This document shows, piece after piece, positions 1-10,143 of a DNA stretch of 64,000 nt. The notes beneath the pieces are model-generated. The model saw nothing but the letters and a program-made list of their open reading frames with translations, was not told the origin of the DNA and did not search any database. The stretch covers positions 192,001 to 256,000 of the IMG/VR virus record IMGVR_UViG_3300018080_000099; one strand, written 5' to 3'. Position 1 is the stretch's first letter. The number at the start of each line of letters is the position of its first letter. The translations under genes were made by a program, and so were the position numbers. This DNA comes from a virus.

Positions 1-53
1 TGAAATCCAGCGAAAGACTGCTTGAAAAAATTAGCTGATTTTAAGTTCAAAAA

Positions 54-61
54 CTATAAAT
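54..61 (+). promoter_or_regulatory. T4-type late promoter motif TATAAATA upstream of the scaffold gene
   Basis: Exact TATAAATA about 30 nt upstream of the 93 start. The same aactataaataatta context recurs at 61861. Confidence 0.35.
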
Positions 62-92
62 AATTACAGAGTAAATCCGAGGAGGACGAACT

Positions 93-890
93 ATGAGTAA
101 GAAGATTACTGAAAAGATTAAGGAAATGCTGACTCCTGAAGACCTCAAGACATTTGAGGCCGCAGTCGAAAAGATGATTGCTCAGAAGGTAGCATTGAAA
201 GAAGAAGAAATCAAGGCAAAGTATGATGAGCTTGCAGATGAATATGTTCAGAAGAAGCTTGCTGAAGAAACTGAGACCTTGAAGGCTTCTCTTATTGAGG
301 AATATGACTCTAAGCTCAAGAACATTGAGAAGAAGGTCATTACCAAGCTCGGTTCTTTCCTTGACCACGTTATTGTTGAGCAAATCACTGACGAAGCAAT
401 TGAGAAGCTTGCAATCAACGAAATCGCAATGCCAGTTGTAGAAGGCATTAAGAAGGTATTCGCATCCAACTTCGTAGAGCTTGATTCTGATGGTTCTGGT
501 CTTTTGAAGGCCGAGCAGAAGAAGAATGCTGAACTTGAGAAGCAGTTGTCTGACACTCAAGAGAAGGTTATGGAAGCAGAGGAAAGACTTGAGAAGTCCG
601 CAACATTCTTGCTTATCTCTGAAAAGACTGAAGGCCTTACTGGCACACAGAAGTCCAGAGTAGCAAAGATGTTCAAGAACAAAAGATTCGACGATGTTAA
701 GGATAATATCGACACTTTCGTAGAGATGGTTAAAGAGTCCAAGGCACCGGCTAAGAAGTCCGATGACAAGGGTACACTCGATGAAATCATCACTGAGGAA
801 GATAACATCAAAGAAGAAAAGACTGTAATCTCTGAGAGCGGAGAAGAAATGGACTTCGCTACAAGAGCAAACAGATATTTGGATGAATAA
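93..890 (+). CDS. prohead scaffold/core protein (T4 gp22-like)
   Basis: 265 aa, highly charged Glu/Lys-rich coiled-coil composition with many L/I-x-E motifs. Sits immediately upstream of the major capsid gene as in T4. Strong RBS gaggagg. Confidence 0.55.
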   Translation: MSKKITEKIKEMLTPEDLKTFEAAVEKMIAQKVALKEEEIKAKYDELADEYVQKKLAEETETLKASLIEEYDSKLKNIEKKVITKLGSFLDHVIVEQITDEAIEKLAINEIAMPVVEGIKKVFASNFVELDSDGSGLLKAEQKKNAELEKQLSDTQEKVMEAEERLEKSATFLLISEKTEGLTGTQKSRVAKMFKNKRFDDVKDNIDTFVEMVKESKAPAKKSDDKGTLDEIITEEDNIKEEKTVISESGEEMDFATRANRYLDE

Positions 891-923
891 TTTGCTTAAA
901 CCCATATATGAGGAGGATATATT

Positions 924-2279
924 ATGAGTCTTGCATTAATTAAGAAGTGGGAACAGGCAGAAGGAAAGATGTCCATTAAGGACATCAAGGACAGACACAT
1001 CAAGGAAAATATCGCAACCCTCCTTGAGAACCAAGAAAGAAAGGACATGAATGGCCAGGAAGTTCTTGGTGAAGCTTCACAGGGTTCGATTAACTACGGT
1101 AGTCTCGGTGGATTCACCGATGGTGCCGCAGCTAGCGACTCTTGGATTTTCCGTCCAATCGCACTTGCTCTTGTCCGAAGAACTTTCCCTGACTTGTTCG
1201 CAAACAAAGTAGTCGGCGTACAGGCAATGTCAACTCCGGTTGGTCTTGCATACGCTATGAGAGTCATCTATGATGACGGTAACGGAAACGAAGCCGCATG
1301 GGACAAGGTTCCTGAATACGGTGGATACACAGGTTCTCAGGTTGGTGTTTCCGGTACTCTTGCCGGTGGACATACCAACACATCTGCTGACGCTGGTACT
1401 TATGACACATCCGGTACTGGTGAAGTCACTTCCGCTGCTGAAGCATGGACACTGGATAACAACTGTAATCCGGGTGAATCTGCTACAGCTGGTTGCGGTG
1501 ACTGGCCACAGCTGAAAATGAGAATTGACCAGCTCGCTATTACAGCAAAGACCAGAAAGCTCGCTGCCAGCTTCTCCCTTGAAGCTGCTCAGGACGTCAA
1601 GGCCATGCACGGTATTGACATTGAAAGAGAAATGGTCCAGTTCCTTCAGTACGAAGTAACTGCTGAAATGGACAGAGAAATTGTTTACAGATTGAAGACC
1701 GCCGCAGTAGCAACTGCAAACGGTGGTGAAGTTGTTCCTGCAATCGACCTTACAGGTTCTGGCACAGGTATCGACGGAAGATGGTCTGGTGAAAAATACA
1801 TGAACATCATTTCCGCTATCGTATATCAGGCTAACAAGATTGCTGTTACGACAAGACGTGGACCGGGTAACTTTGTAATCGTTTCCCCAGCTATCGCAAC
1901 TGCATTGCAGGCTGCTGGGCACCAGTTCGTTGCTTACAACCAGAATGTCAACCCAACACAGGTTATGGCAGCTATCGGTAAGCTCAACGGTACACTGGAC
2001 GTTTACAGAGACCAGTACGCAAGAACTGAATACGCACTTGTTGGTTACAAGGGACCGGGCATCTCCGATGCTGGTGTCATCTTCAGCCCATACATCATGG
2101 GTCTGACCAACAGAGCAATCCATCCGCAGGACTTCACACCAAGAATTGGTGTCATGAGCAGATATGCAATTACTGACACATTGCTTGGAAGTGGAAGATA
2201 CTACAGATTGATTCCGTTCTTCAACGTACAGAAGCTCATTCCGGGCGCAACGACTTCGAACCTTCCATCTGGTTTCTAA
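924..2279 (+). CDS. major capsid protein (T4 gp23 homolog)
   Basis: 451 aa. Recalled gp23 blocks match: ENQERKD, VRRTFPDLFANKVVGVQAM, FSLEAAQDVKAMHGIDIE, RGPGNFVIVSPAIA, DVYRDQYARTEYALVGYKGPGISDAGVIFSPY and PRIGVMSRY. Confidence 0.92.
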   Translation: MSLALIKKWEQAEGKMSIKDIKDRHIKENIATLLENQERKDMNGQEVLGEASQGSINYGSLGGFTDGAAASDSWIFRPIALALVRRTFPDLFANKVVGVQAMSTPVGLAYAMRVIYDDGNGNEAAWDKVPEYGGYTGSQVGVSGTLAGGHTNTSADAGTYDTSGTGEVTSAAEAWTLDNNCNPGESATAGCGDWPQLKMRIDQLAITAKTRKLAASFSLEAAQDVKAMHGIDIEREMVQFLQYEVTAEMDREIVYRLKTAAVATANGGEVVPAIDLTGSGTGIDGRWSGEKYMNIISAIVYQANKIAVTTRRGPGNFVIVSPAIATALQAAGHQFVAYNQNVNPTQVMAAIGKLNGTLDVYRDQYARTEYALVGYKGPGISDAGVIFSPYIMGLTNRAIHPQDFTPRIGVMSRYAITDTLLGSGRYYRLIPFFNVQKLIPGATTSNLPSGF

Positions 2280-2309
2280 TCAGACTTGGTTAGTAGTCTT
2301 TGAAATAAG

Positions 2310-2338
2310 GCTGGGAGATTTATCTCCCAGCTTTTTTT
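2310..2338 (+). terminator. rho-independent terminator after the capsid gene
   Basis: gctgggagat / atctcccagc stem of about 9 bp, followed by TTTTTTT. Confidence 0.6.
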
Positions 2339-2358
2339 ACGCCCTTATCTCCAAAAGA

Positions 2359-2366
2359 TATAAATA
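2359..2366 (+). promoter_or_regulatory. TATAAATA late-promoter motif
   Basis: Exact T4 late -10 consensus about 40 nt upstream of the 2407 start. Confidence 0.3.
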
Positions 2367-2406
2367 CATATGAGAAATCAGTTTACTCATTTTAAGGAGG
2401 TTTGAA

Positions 2407-2751
2407 ATGAAAGTTGTAAATATTGCAGGGTTTCCTGTCCAGTTCGAGAAAGGTGGCAAAACTTACAGCGTTCCTTATGATAACCAGCCACACGTTATCC
2501 CTGATGCTTGCTTCTATGAAGATAACTTTCAGGGACTACTCAGAGTTATCGTACCACCAGTACCTGTGAAAAAGGTGGTGGCTAAAATGGAGGAACCTGT
2601 CGATATTGATGACCCAACCGTTAAGGAAGTGGTCATTGAGAAAAGTAAACCAAAACCTCTTGCAGGAAAAAAGCTGAAGCCAAGTATACGGGCAAAACTT
2701 CGTAAGACCCGAAATACGGGCAGAAAGAAAAAAGTAACCGCAGAGGAATAA
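2407..2751 (+). CDS. hypothetical protein with a lysine-rich basic C-terminus
   Basis: 114 aa ORF. Its RBS aaggaggtttgaaATG is identical to the one at 34151. Confidence 0.4.
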   Translation: MKVVNIAGFPVQFEKGGKTYSVPYDNQPHVIPDACFYEDNFQGLLRVIVPPVPVKKVVAKMEEPVDIDDPTVKEVVIEKSKPKPLAGKKLKPSIRAKLRKTRNTGRKKKVTAEE

Positions 2752-2754
2752 CCT

Positions 2755-3531
2755 ATGGCAAAAATAACTAGCCTCACAGGAATGAAGAACTATATCCTGA
2801 CTGAACTGGGGTTCCCTGTTATCAATGTCGAAATTGCTGACAGCCAACTCGAACAGGAAATTGATAACACCATTCAGGACTTTCAGAGATACAATTATGA
2901 TGAAGCAACCTACCGAGATTACTTCCTCCTTCAAACATCAGCCGGAGTCCAAGACTATCCAGTTTCGGCAGTAAGAGACTATACAACCAGCGCAACACTT
3001 GACAACGTAGACTCAATCTACGAGTTCCACGTATCATTCGGACTGAACGGTATTAACACTCTTTTCAGCCCAGCCCATATCCTACTCTACAATGAGTATG
3101 TGAACATGGGAGGCTATCCGGGTGGTCCATGGGGATATGGTACAGGCCTTATCCTAACGAACTATCAAACAGCTATGATTTACTTGGACATGATTAACGA
3201 GATGTTCGGTAAGATGTACACAGCAGATTACCTTCCGGGCCGAGAAGTTATTCGTATCGTCCCGACTCCGTCTGAGGCACTCATTGGAGTACTAGAGATT
3301 TACAGAAAGGAATATGCACACTTCCTGTACAACCATCCACTCGTAAGAAAGCTTGCAGTTGCCAGATGTAAAAAGAGATGGGGATGGAACCTGAATAAGT
3401 ACTCTGGAGCATTACCTGACGGTTTGACAATTAACGCGGCTGAAATTGTTGCGGAAGGAAAAGAAGAAGAGGACAAGTGGCTTGAAAGAATGTGGGAAGA
3501 GTCCCAGCCACCTGACTTCATTGTAGCTTAA
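2755..3531 (+). CDS. putative neck protein (T4 gp13-like)
   Basis: 258 aa. N-terminal block LTELGFPVINVEIADSQLEQEI resembles my recollection of gp13 (LRRLGAPIINVELTPDQI). Position in the head module fits. Confidence 0.4.
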   Translation: MAKITSLTGMKNYILTELGFPVINVEIADSQLEQEIDNTIQDFQRYNYDEATYRDYFLLQTSAGVQDYPVSAVRDYTTSATLDNVDSIYEFHVSFGLNGINTLFSPAHILLYNEYVNMGGYPGGPWGYGTGLILTNYQTAMIYLDMINEMFGKMYTADYLPGREVIRIVPTPSEALIGVLEIYRKEYAHFLYNHPLVRKLAVARCKKRWGWNLNKYSGALPDGLTINAAEIVAEGKEEEDKWLERMWEESQPPDFIVA

Positions 3532-3540
3532 GGAGAACAC

Positions 3541-3858
3541 ATGTCTTTTAACGATTACTTAAACAAGCGTCTGAATGAAGGAGTCGAGGAGTTTGAGAAC
3601 ATCGACCCTGCCGTGATTAACAAAGCCTTTGATAAGCGCGGACTATCTTCGGACGAAAAGGAAAATCAGGCCAACAGCATTGAGTATGACGATAGAGGTT
3701 TGGAAGTCGTTGTCTCATTTACATCGAAGGCTTATGGTGGAGAGTTCCCAGAGAACAACAAAGAAGTCCTCGATGCTATTACCAAAGAGATTGGAGCTAA
3801 TGAATGGTTCTACCGCGGGGATAATCCTTGGGTAGTCACATTCAGTTTTGAGGACTAA
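3541..3858 (+). CDS. small protein, MxFxEYL N-terminal family
   Basis: 105 aa, begins MSFNDYLNKRLNE. Conserved ggagaacacATG initiation context. Confidence 0.5.
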   Translation: MSFNDYLNKRLNEGVEEFENIDPAVINKAFDKRGLSSDEKENQANSIEYDDRGLEVVVSFTSKAYGGEFPENNKEVLDAITKEIGANEWFYRGDNPWVVTFSFED

Positions 3859-3867
3859 GGAGAACAT

Positions 3868-4275
3868 ATGTCGTTTCGAGATTTTCTGAAAGAGCAAGAG
3901 GAAAGCAATGTCGGATTCATAACCGACATTGAGAAGGACACTGTTGAGAATGAGAACTACAGAGAAGTTCTTTTCACAGGAGAGCAACTACAGCTTGTTA
4001 TTATGGCACTGAAATCCGGTGAAGAAATCGGCGAGGAAGTCCATGAAGGCATTGACCAGTTCTTTAGAGTTGATGAAGGTTCAGGAAAGGTTGTCATGGA
4101 TGGCAACGAAAGCGAGATTAAAGATGGTTCAGCTTTCATCATCCCCGGTGGTACAAAGCATAATGTGGTTGCCGGAGAAGGTGGACTGAAGCTTTACACG
4201 ATATATGCTCCGCCGGAACATCCGGACGGAACCATTCAGAAATCCAAAGAGGAAGGAGAAGAAGATGGACTTTAA
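3868..4275 (+). CDS. cupin-domain protein, MxFxEYL N-terminal family
   Basis: 135 aa, begins MSFRDFLKEQEE. C-terminal cupin-like block FIIPGGTKHNVVAGEGGLKLYTIY. Confidence 0.5.
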   Translation: MSFRDFLKEQEESNVGFITDIEKDTVENENYREVLFTGEQLQLVIMALKSGEEIGEEVHEGIDQFFRVDEGSGKVVMDGNESEIKDGSAFIIPGGTKHNVVAGEGGLKLYTIYAPPEHPDGTIQKSKEEGEEDGL

Positions 4276-4564
4276 CGAATACCTTACCGAATCTTTGAAG
4301 TCAATGACGTTTGGCGAAATGCCGGACTTCGAAGAATTCAAAGCCGCCTTTGAGAAAGAAGTACCCGGTGCCACATATTCTATTGAAGCTGGTCCAGTTG
4401 CGAAGGGCAAAATCAAAGAGGTTGAAGGCGAATATGATGTGAAGGCATTGTATGACTTGGTAGGAAAGCTCAAAGACGACTGGGAAGAAGATGAAGAAGG
4501 CGAAGATTCAGGAGCAAGAATCGCCGGTGACATCATGGGAACCCTTGGCTTTGAGTGGATTTAA
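4265..4564 (+). CDS. small acidic protein, MxFxEYL N-terminal family
   Basis: Start moved to the in-frame ATG at 4265 (MDFNEYLTESLKS). Overlaps the upstream stop. Confidence 0.45.
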   Translation: MDFNEYLTESLKSMTFGEMPDFEEFKAAFEKEVPGATYSIEAGPVAKGKIKEVEGEYDVKALYDLVGKLKDDWEEDEEGEDSGARIAGDIMGTLGFEWI

Positions 4565-4669
4565 GCATGATGGAAGAATACGAGTACGAACAATGGAAGC
4601 CCTTGAAGTATCCGGGCATCTATAAGCCAGTTTGGCCACGCTTCGATAAACCAAAAAAAGAGGAAGTAG

Positions 4670-5629
4670 ATGGAGACCTATTACTATCCAAGGACGACTA
4701 AGGGGATTATTGTAGCTTTGTCAGATGTTTTCAACCAGATGGTTGTTTACAAGTACGACCAAGGCTCAACATCCGCTGGTTATGGAGCATCGGCACAGGA
4801 AATAACGGTGCCGCTGACTTTTGGTCCTGTCGAGAAAGAGCACCAGCAAAGAATTGAGGACCACGAATACATTGCCAGTGCTACTGACCCGAACGGATAT
4901 AAACAAGTAGAAGCATACGGACAGAGATACTATCTGTATCTTCCACGTATGGCACTTGTTCTTAACGGAATTGCTTACAATGCCGAAAGAGCATATGGAG
5001 TCAACGAGTGGAGAGAATGGTTTGCTGAAACCACAGAAATGAGCGGAGGCAATGTTGAGGAAGTTCTAAGAGATTATCAACCGACACCTTGGGACTTTAA
5101 CTTCACGCTTTACATCATGACGGATTCGATGGATTACTTCTCTCAAATTTTGGAAAACATTCTGCCGTACTTCAACCCAGCATTACAACTGAGAGTGAAG
5201 GAGTTTTCGTTCCTCAATATTGAGAGGAACTTAAAGACAACTATCAATGGTGTGGTGCCTGAATTCCTGTCACCTGAGATTTCAGAAGATGAAAGAAGGT
5301 ATGTCAATGGAACTATCGACATTACCGTTCAGGGTTACATGTATCGACCATTCGAGTACAGCAAGGTTATCAAGAGCATTCACAGCAAGTACTTCGTTGT
5401 GGACTCTTCCAACGTATCCGGAACATCGGCACTGGCGGCTGGAGAAGAACCAGCAAGCACATATGTCATTTCTGCCGATTACTACGATACTTCTGCTGTC
5501 GAGATTACATCCGCCGGTACCTCAGCAATACCAACGAGCGCAATACCACAGGCATACTCGTTCAGTGGAACATACGATGACGATGTTAAGAACTTTGTTT
5601 ACTTTACAAGTGCAACTAATATAACGTAA
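4670..5629 (+). CDS. hypothetical head/neck-module protein (possibly gp14-like)
   Basis: 319 aa ORF with RBS agaggaag. Located between neck-like and terminase genes. Assignment rests on size and position only. Confidence 0.35.
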   Translation: METYYYPRTTKGIIVALSDVFNQMVVYKYDQGSTSAGYGASAQEITVPLTFGPVEKEHQQRIEDHEYIASATDPNGYKQVEAYGQRYYLYLPRMALVLNGIAYNAERAYGVNEWREWFAETTEMSGGNVEEVLRDYQPTPWDFNFTLYIMTDSMDYFSQILENILPYFNPALQLRVKEFSFLNIERNLKTTINGVVPEFLSPEISEDERRYVNGTIDITVQGYMYRPFEYSKVIKSIHSKYFVVDSSNVSGTSALAAGEEPASTYVISADYYDTSAVEITSAGTSAIPTSAIPQAYSFSGTYDDDVKNFVYFTSATNIT

Positions 5630-5636
5630 GGAGTTT

Positions 5637-6173
5637 ATGATGGAAGGATTTGACGGATTGAGCAGCGCATTTAATGTTGAAAATGAAGAAGAGTTTGTCC
5701 ACGCTGTAGAAGAAGTACAACAGGACATGGAGATGATTGAGGCAAAGAAAAACGAGATAGCTCAGAAGATTAACTTCCCTGTCATGTTTGAGGACCAAGG
5801 ATTCATTCAAAGAGAATTGAAGTCTTTGATTATGAGTGCTCGTACAGTCATGACAAAGGTTGAACAGGACATTAAAATCGGATGTCCACCGAGACAGGTT
5901 GAAGTCTATGCCAAGCTGGTAGAGTCAATCGGAAAGCAATATACTTCACTGCTTGACCTTAACAAGACAGTTTTTGAAGCTGCTGTTGAAGCAAAGCAAG
6001 TGGATATAAATAACATAGGAAATAACAAGATTTCACTGACTTCGGAACAATTGCTGGACATGATAAATGGAGCAAAAGAGAATAGTCAGATGAATGCTAT
6101 TGATGCTGATTTTGAAGTAGAGGACGAACATCTTCCACAGAAAAGGGAAAGAAGGGAGAACCCCGATGCCTGA
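5637..6173 (+). CDS. terminase small subunit (T4 gp16-like)
   Basis: 178 aa. MMEGFDGL N-terminus and PPRQVEVYAKLVESIGKQ resemble T4 gp16 (MEGLD..., PRHMEVFATLMGQ). Directly upstream of the large terminase. Confidence 0.6.
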   Translation: MMEGFDGLSSAFNVENEEEFVHAVEEVQQDMEMIEAKKNEIAQKINFPVMFEDQGFIQRELKSLIMSARTVMTKVEQDIKIGCPPRQVEVYAKLVESIGKQYTSLLDLNKTVFEAAVEAKQVDINNIGNNKISLTSEQLLDMINGAKENSQMNAIDADFEVEDEHLPQKRERRENPDA

Positions 6174-6183
6174 AGGAGAATAA

Positions 6184-6456
6184 ATGAGTTTCAACGAATA
6201 CTTAAAAGAAGCCTTCGAAGAAATTAGCTACGAAGGAGAACAATTGGAATATCCTGATATTGCTGAAATAATTGCTAATGATGGAGAATTACTCAAGCAA
6301 ATGGGTAGAGAGGGATTAAGCCTTGAAGATTTGGAGAATGACACAAGGAAGTTTTTCGACTTCATGGTTAAGCATCTTGAAGAAATGAAAAAGAAGTATG
6401 ATTTCGTAGCCAACCCCGAGGACTTAGAGGTTGATTGGCACTACGAGCAAAAATAA
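6184..6456 (+). CDS. small acidic protein, MxFxEYL N-terminal family, inserted between the terminase subunits
   Basis: 90 aa, begins MSFNEYLKEAFEE. RBS aggagaa. Confidence 0.5.
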   Translation: MSFNEYLKEAFEEISYEGEQLEYPDIAEIIANDGELLKQMGREGLSLEDLENDTRKFFDFMVKHLEEMKKKYDFVANPEDLEVDWHYEQK

Positions 6457-6466
6457 GGGAGTTTGA

Positions 6467-8029
6467 ATGTTTTTAGGCAATGCCGATTTGAGGAAAGTGG
6501 GTGAAAGAATTGAATACACCCAAGAGATGATAAATGAGATAATTAAGTGCAAAGAGGACATCATATACTTTGCTGAAAGATATTTCTACATTATCCATCC
6601 AGACCGTGGTAAAGAGAAGATTCAGCTTTACGAATGGCAAAAGAAAGTCCTCAAGGCATATGTAGATACACCAAACGGAAAGCGCCACTGCATTGTGAAG
6701 ATTGCCAGACAGTCAGGTAAGACGACTGTTTCGACAATCTTTTTGCTTTGGTATGCGCTGTTCAACAAGGATAAGACGATTGCGGTTGTTGCTCACAAGC
6801 AGGAAGCCGCCATTGACATCCTTAAAAGAATCAAGATGTCCATTGGAATGCTACCATTGTGGCTTCAGCAGGGACTCATGGAAGATGGCTGGAACAAGAA
6901 GTCCGTTGTATTTGAGAACGGCTCTCGTATTCTAGCTCAGGCAACATCGGCAGAATCACTTACATCATTGGCTGTAAACCTGTTGTTCCTCGACGAGTTT
7001 GCTAAGGTGCCGGCCCACGTTGCTGAAGAATTCATCACATCGACATATCCTGTTATTACGGCTGGTAAGACTTCCAAGATTATCATGATTTCTACGCCTA
7101 AGGGACTCAATCACTTCTACGAGTTCTGGGCCAAGGCTGTCAGAGAAGAAAAGCAGAATAACTTCTTCCCTATCAGGGTTTCTTGGTGGGAAGTTCCGAA
7201 TCGTGACGAAGTTTGGAAGGAACAGACCATTGCTGATATTGGACCAATTAGGTTTGCACAGGAGTTCCAGTGCAAGTTCCTTGGTGGTTCGTCAACGCTT
7301 ATTGATTCAGATGTCCTTGAAAGAATACAATTTAAGGACCCAATTGCTATGAAGTGGAATGGATTGCTTCAAATGTATAAACAACCAGTACCAAATGGCC
7401 AGTATATTCTCGGTGTTGACACGGCAAAGGGTACAGGAAAAGATTCATCTGTAATACAGGTGCTTAAGATAAATAATCAATATGATATTGAACAGGTAGC
7501 TGTTTACAGAAGTAACCTTATCAGACCACATGATTACTCTCAGATAGTTGTTTCTATCGCAAAACTTTACAACAACGCGGGTGTCATGGTGGAAAACAAT
7601 GACATCGGGCAATCTGTGTGCGACTCTGTGTGGTATGAGTTGGAATATGAAGAATTGATTAACATTGACCCAAAAGGATTGGGTATTAGAAGCACAAAAA
7701 AGACAAAAGCTAAAGCCAATGCATTGCTGAAAGAATATGTTGAGAAGGATTGGTTGAGGCTATGTGACGAGCGAACGCTTTATGAATTAAGCAGATATGA
7801 AGAAATTCGTCCGAACGTGTTCGCCGCGGGAAAGCATGAGCATGATGATTGCGTGACTTCCCTTCTTTGGGCCTTATACTTTCTCATTTGTGAAGAAAAT
7901 GAGGATAGGGATGTGGACCCGAAGGATATTCAGGACGAATACAATGCTCAAAACGAGGACGATTGGGAGTTTCCTACATGGTCGGGATTCGAGGATGACG
8001 ACCCTGACGGACCAATTTTCAGTCTTTGA
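6467..8029 (+). CDS. terminase large subunit (T4 gp17 homolog)
   Basis: 520 aa. Walker A ARQSGKTT, Walker B LLFLDEF. Blocks NKDKTIAVVAHK, ISTPKGLNHFYEFW and GGSSTLIDSD match recalled gp17. Confidence 0.93.
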   Translation: MFLGNADLRKVGERIEYTQEMINEIIKCKEDIIYFAERYFYIIHPDRGKEKIQLYEWQKKVLKAYVDTPNGKRHCIVKIARQSGKTTVSTIFLLWYALFNKDKTIAVVAHKQEAAIDILKRIKMSIGMLPLWLQQGLMEDGWNKKSVVFENGSRILAQATSAESLTSLAVNLLFLDEFAKVPAHVAEEFITSTYPVITAGKTSKIIMISTPKGLNHFYEFWAKAVREEKQNNFFPIRVSWWEVPNRDEVWKEQTIADIGPIRFAQEFQCKFLGGSSTLIDSDVLERIQFKDPIAMKWNGLLQMYKQPVPNGQYILGVDTAKGTGKDSSVIQVLKINNQYDIEQVAVYRSNLIRPHDYSQIVVSIAKLYNNAGVMVENNDIGQSVCDSVWYELEYEELINIDPKGLGIRSTKKTKAKANALLKEYVEKDWLRLCDERTLYELSRYEEIRPNVFAAGKHEHDDCVTSLLWALYFLICEENEDRDVDPKDIQDEYNAQNEDDWEFPTWSGFEDDDPDGPIFSL

Positions 8030-8031
8030 GT

Positions 8032-8059
8032 ATAAATACAAATGAAGAAATATAAATAC
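8032..8059 (+). promoter_or_regulatory. tandem TATAAATA late-promoter motifs
   Basis: Two exact copies at 8032-8039 and 8052-8059, upstream of the small ORF and the sheath gene. Confidence 0.35.
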
Positions 8060-8072
8060 TTTGGAGGTTATT

Positions 8073-8216
8073 ATGGCATGGGCTAGAAGACCCGTAAAAC
8101 CTAAGGCTGAAAACGTAGTAAAAGTTGAAGAAGTAGTTGAAAAACCTCAGCCAGAAAAGAAACGAAGAACGAGAAAATCGACCAATAAGACAATCAATAA
8201 ATTGGGAGGTAACTAA
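8073..8216 (+). CDS. small basic protein (47 aa)
   Basis: MAWARRPVKPKAENVV...KRRTRKSTNK. Good RBS ggagg. Stop overlaps the sheath start (TAATG). Below the size cutoff of the ORF track. Confidence 0.3.
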   Translation: MAWARRPVKPKAENVVKVEEVVEKPQPEKKRRTRKSTNKTINKLGGN

Positions 8217-10126
8217 TGGCAAGAGTATTTTCAACTCCGGGCGTATATAGAAGGGAAATCGACCTTTCTGAGATTCTGGTTGCTGCTGGTATTTCTAACG
8301 GCGGAACAGTAATCAGAGCACGAAGAGGCCCGGTCAACAGACCTGTTCTTGTTGCCAATGATAAGGAATTCAACGAAACATTCGGTGAACCAATCTTCAC
8401 ATCGGGAACGAACAGAACAACCGTAACGGGACCACTTATTCCAGAATTTGGATATGGTGCCTATGCGGCTTTGGAATACTTGAAAGAATCTGACACCCTG
8501 TATGTCGTAAGAGACTTCACACCGGGTGAAGATAACTACGCAGCTGTTTCCTACGCAACTGATATGAGCTTCACTATTGCAAGTGCCGGTATCTCCGGTA
8601 CCAGATTTGTACGTGGTGACAGACTTGACGCAGCTGACAGAATCAAGATTTTGGACGAACATGCTGAGACCGGCGGCGATGGAGCATCCGACTTCACCGT
8701 AGCATATGTCGGTCCGGGAACTGATGGAAATAACGTAGGTGTAACAGTTGAACCATTCAGCCTTTCCGCTGACTGGAAATTTGCATACGATGAGTACCCA
8801 ACTTCCGCACATGCCGCTTCTGCAACATCTTTGACTGATGCAGAAATTAACGAGTGGTATCCGATTGGAAGTAAGGTATTCAAGATGAATGTCTACCTTA
8901 AGAACAACGACCAAAACTGGCAGGACCTTTACAGAAATGATAGCGACAGGCTCAATGGTAGACTGTACATCTCACCTGTAGAAACATACTACGGTTCTTT
9001 CAATGAAAGTCTGAAAGATGGTAACGGTAACAACCTGTTCATCGAAACTGTTGTGAACGGTGCTTCTGAGTACATCTATGTTAAGAAGGGAGCATCTTTT
9101 AACCCAACCGATGACCACTTCCCATATGTCAACAGTACCTCTGAATTGTCAGCACTGCCAGATGCCGAAGATTCTGCTGGTGACACGTATGCTAAGTGGC
9201 AAGTTTCGGCTACAACCAATCCGGGTCTTGCTACCATGTCTGGTGGAGAAACTGACATTGACAACGGAATGGATGACACGACTGGATGGAATATTTTTGA
9301 GGACAGAGAGAACGTAACTGTCGGAATTCTTATCGGACATAGCTTCAATACTGCATACAAGCAGGAAGTCGCAAGAGTCGCTGCTGTAAGAGCCGACTGT
9401 ATTGCAGTCCTTCAGACTGGTGAGTTGAATGACGATACCACGACTGAGGTTCTTGCTTCCGAAGATTATGGTTACAGAAGCCCATCCTACGCAGCACTGT
9501 ACGGTGGTTACTGCAAGGTATACGACACATACAACGATAAATTCGTCTACTTGCCGAACTCCATCTTTGGAGCCGCACTGATGGCAAGAGTTGACACAAT
9601 TGCTAACCCTTGGGATGCACCGGCTGGTGTGAACCGAGCAATCATGCCTGTTCTTGAACAGCGCAAGATTTGGACCTTCGATGAAATCGGAAAGCTTTAC
9701 GACAGAAACATCAATGTTCCGAAGCTCATCACAGGTACAGGTAACGTAATGTGGGGCCAAAAGACGGCCCAGATGAAGGCATCCGCACTTGACAGAATCA
9801 ATGTCAGAAGAAACCTTCTGTACATTGAGAACAATGTCGAGGTAGCATTGCTTCCATTCGTGTTCGAGAACAACACGGCAAAGACAAGACTGAGAGTGTT
9901 CAGCTTGGTTGACGAGTTCTTGGCAGGCGTACAGGCGGCTGGTGGTTTGACTGCGTATCAGGTTGTTGTTGACGAAACCAACAACACTCCAGCAATCATT
10001 GATGCCAACAGACTTAATGTTGACATCTATGTACAGCCAACAAGAGCAATCGAATTCATCCAGCTGACAACGGTTATTACAAGAACTGGCATCAGCTTTG
10101 AAGAAGTTAGAATAGCAACTGCTTAA
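8216..10126 (+). CDS. tail sheath protein (gp18-like)
   Basis: 636 aa. Typical sheath N-terminus (STPGVYRREID). Size and position ahead of the tube gene fit. Confidence 0.85.
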   Translation: MARVFSTPGVYRREIDLSEILVAAGISNGGTVIRARRGPVNRPVLVANDKEFNETFGEPIFTSGTNRTTVTGPLIPEFGYGAYAALEYLKESDTLYVVRDFTPGEDNYAAVSYATDMSFTIASAGISGTRFVRGDRLDAADRIKILDEHAETGGDGASDFTVAYVGPGTDGNNVGVTVEPFSLSADWKFAYDEYPTSAHAASATSLTDAEINEWYPIGSKVFKMNVYLKNNDQNWQDLYRNDSDRLNGRLYISPVETYYGSFNESLKDGNGNNLFIETVVNGASEYIYVKKGASFNPTDDHFPYVNSTSELSALPDAEDSAGDTYAKWQVSATTNPGLATMSGGETDIDNGMDDTTGWNIFEDRENVTVGILIGHSFNTAYKQEVARVAAVRADCIAVLQTGELNDDTTTEVLASEDYGYRSPSYAALYGGYCKVYDTYNDKFVYLPNSIFGAALMARVDTIANPWDAPAGVNRAIMPVLEQRKIWTFDEIGKLYDRNINVPKLITGTGNVMWGQKTAQMKASALDRINVRRNLLYIENNVEVALLPFVFENNTAKTRLRVFSLVDEFLAGVQAAGGLTAYQVVVDETNNTPAIIDANRLNVDIYVQPTRAIEFIQLTTVITRTGISFEEVRIATA

Positions 10127-10143
10127 TATAGAGGAGGATAAAG

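Noticed and set aside
54-2123. Long minus-strand ORFs (54..905, 1230..2123 and similar elsewhere) opposite the scaffold and capsid genes
   Set aside because: They lie entirely inside strongly supported + strand genes with clear homology. They have no RBS and a low-complexity composition, so they are shadow ORFs.
5247-5624. Internal same-strand alternative-frame ORFs such as 5247..5624, 17389..17730, 38259..38489 and 39740..39955
   Set aside because: They are nested within longer ORFs that have better coding features. None has an RBS or recognisable product.
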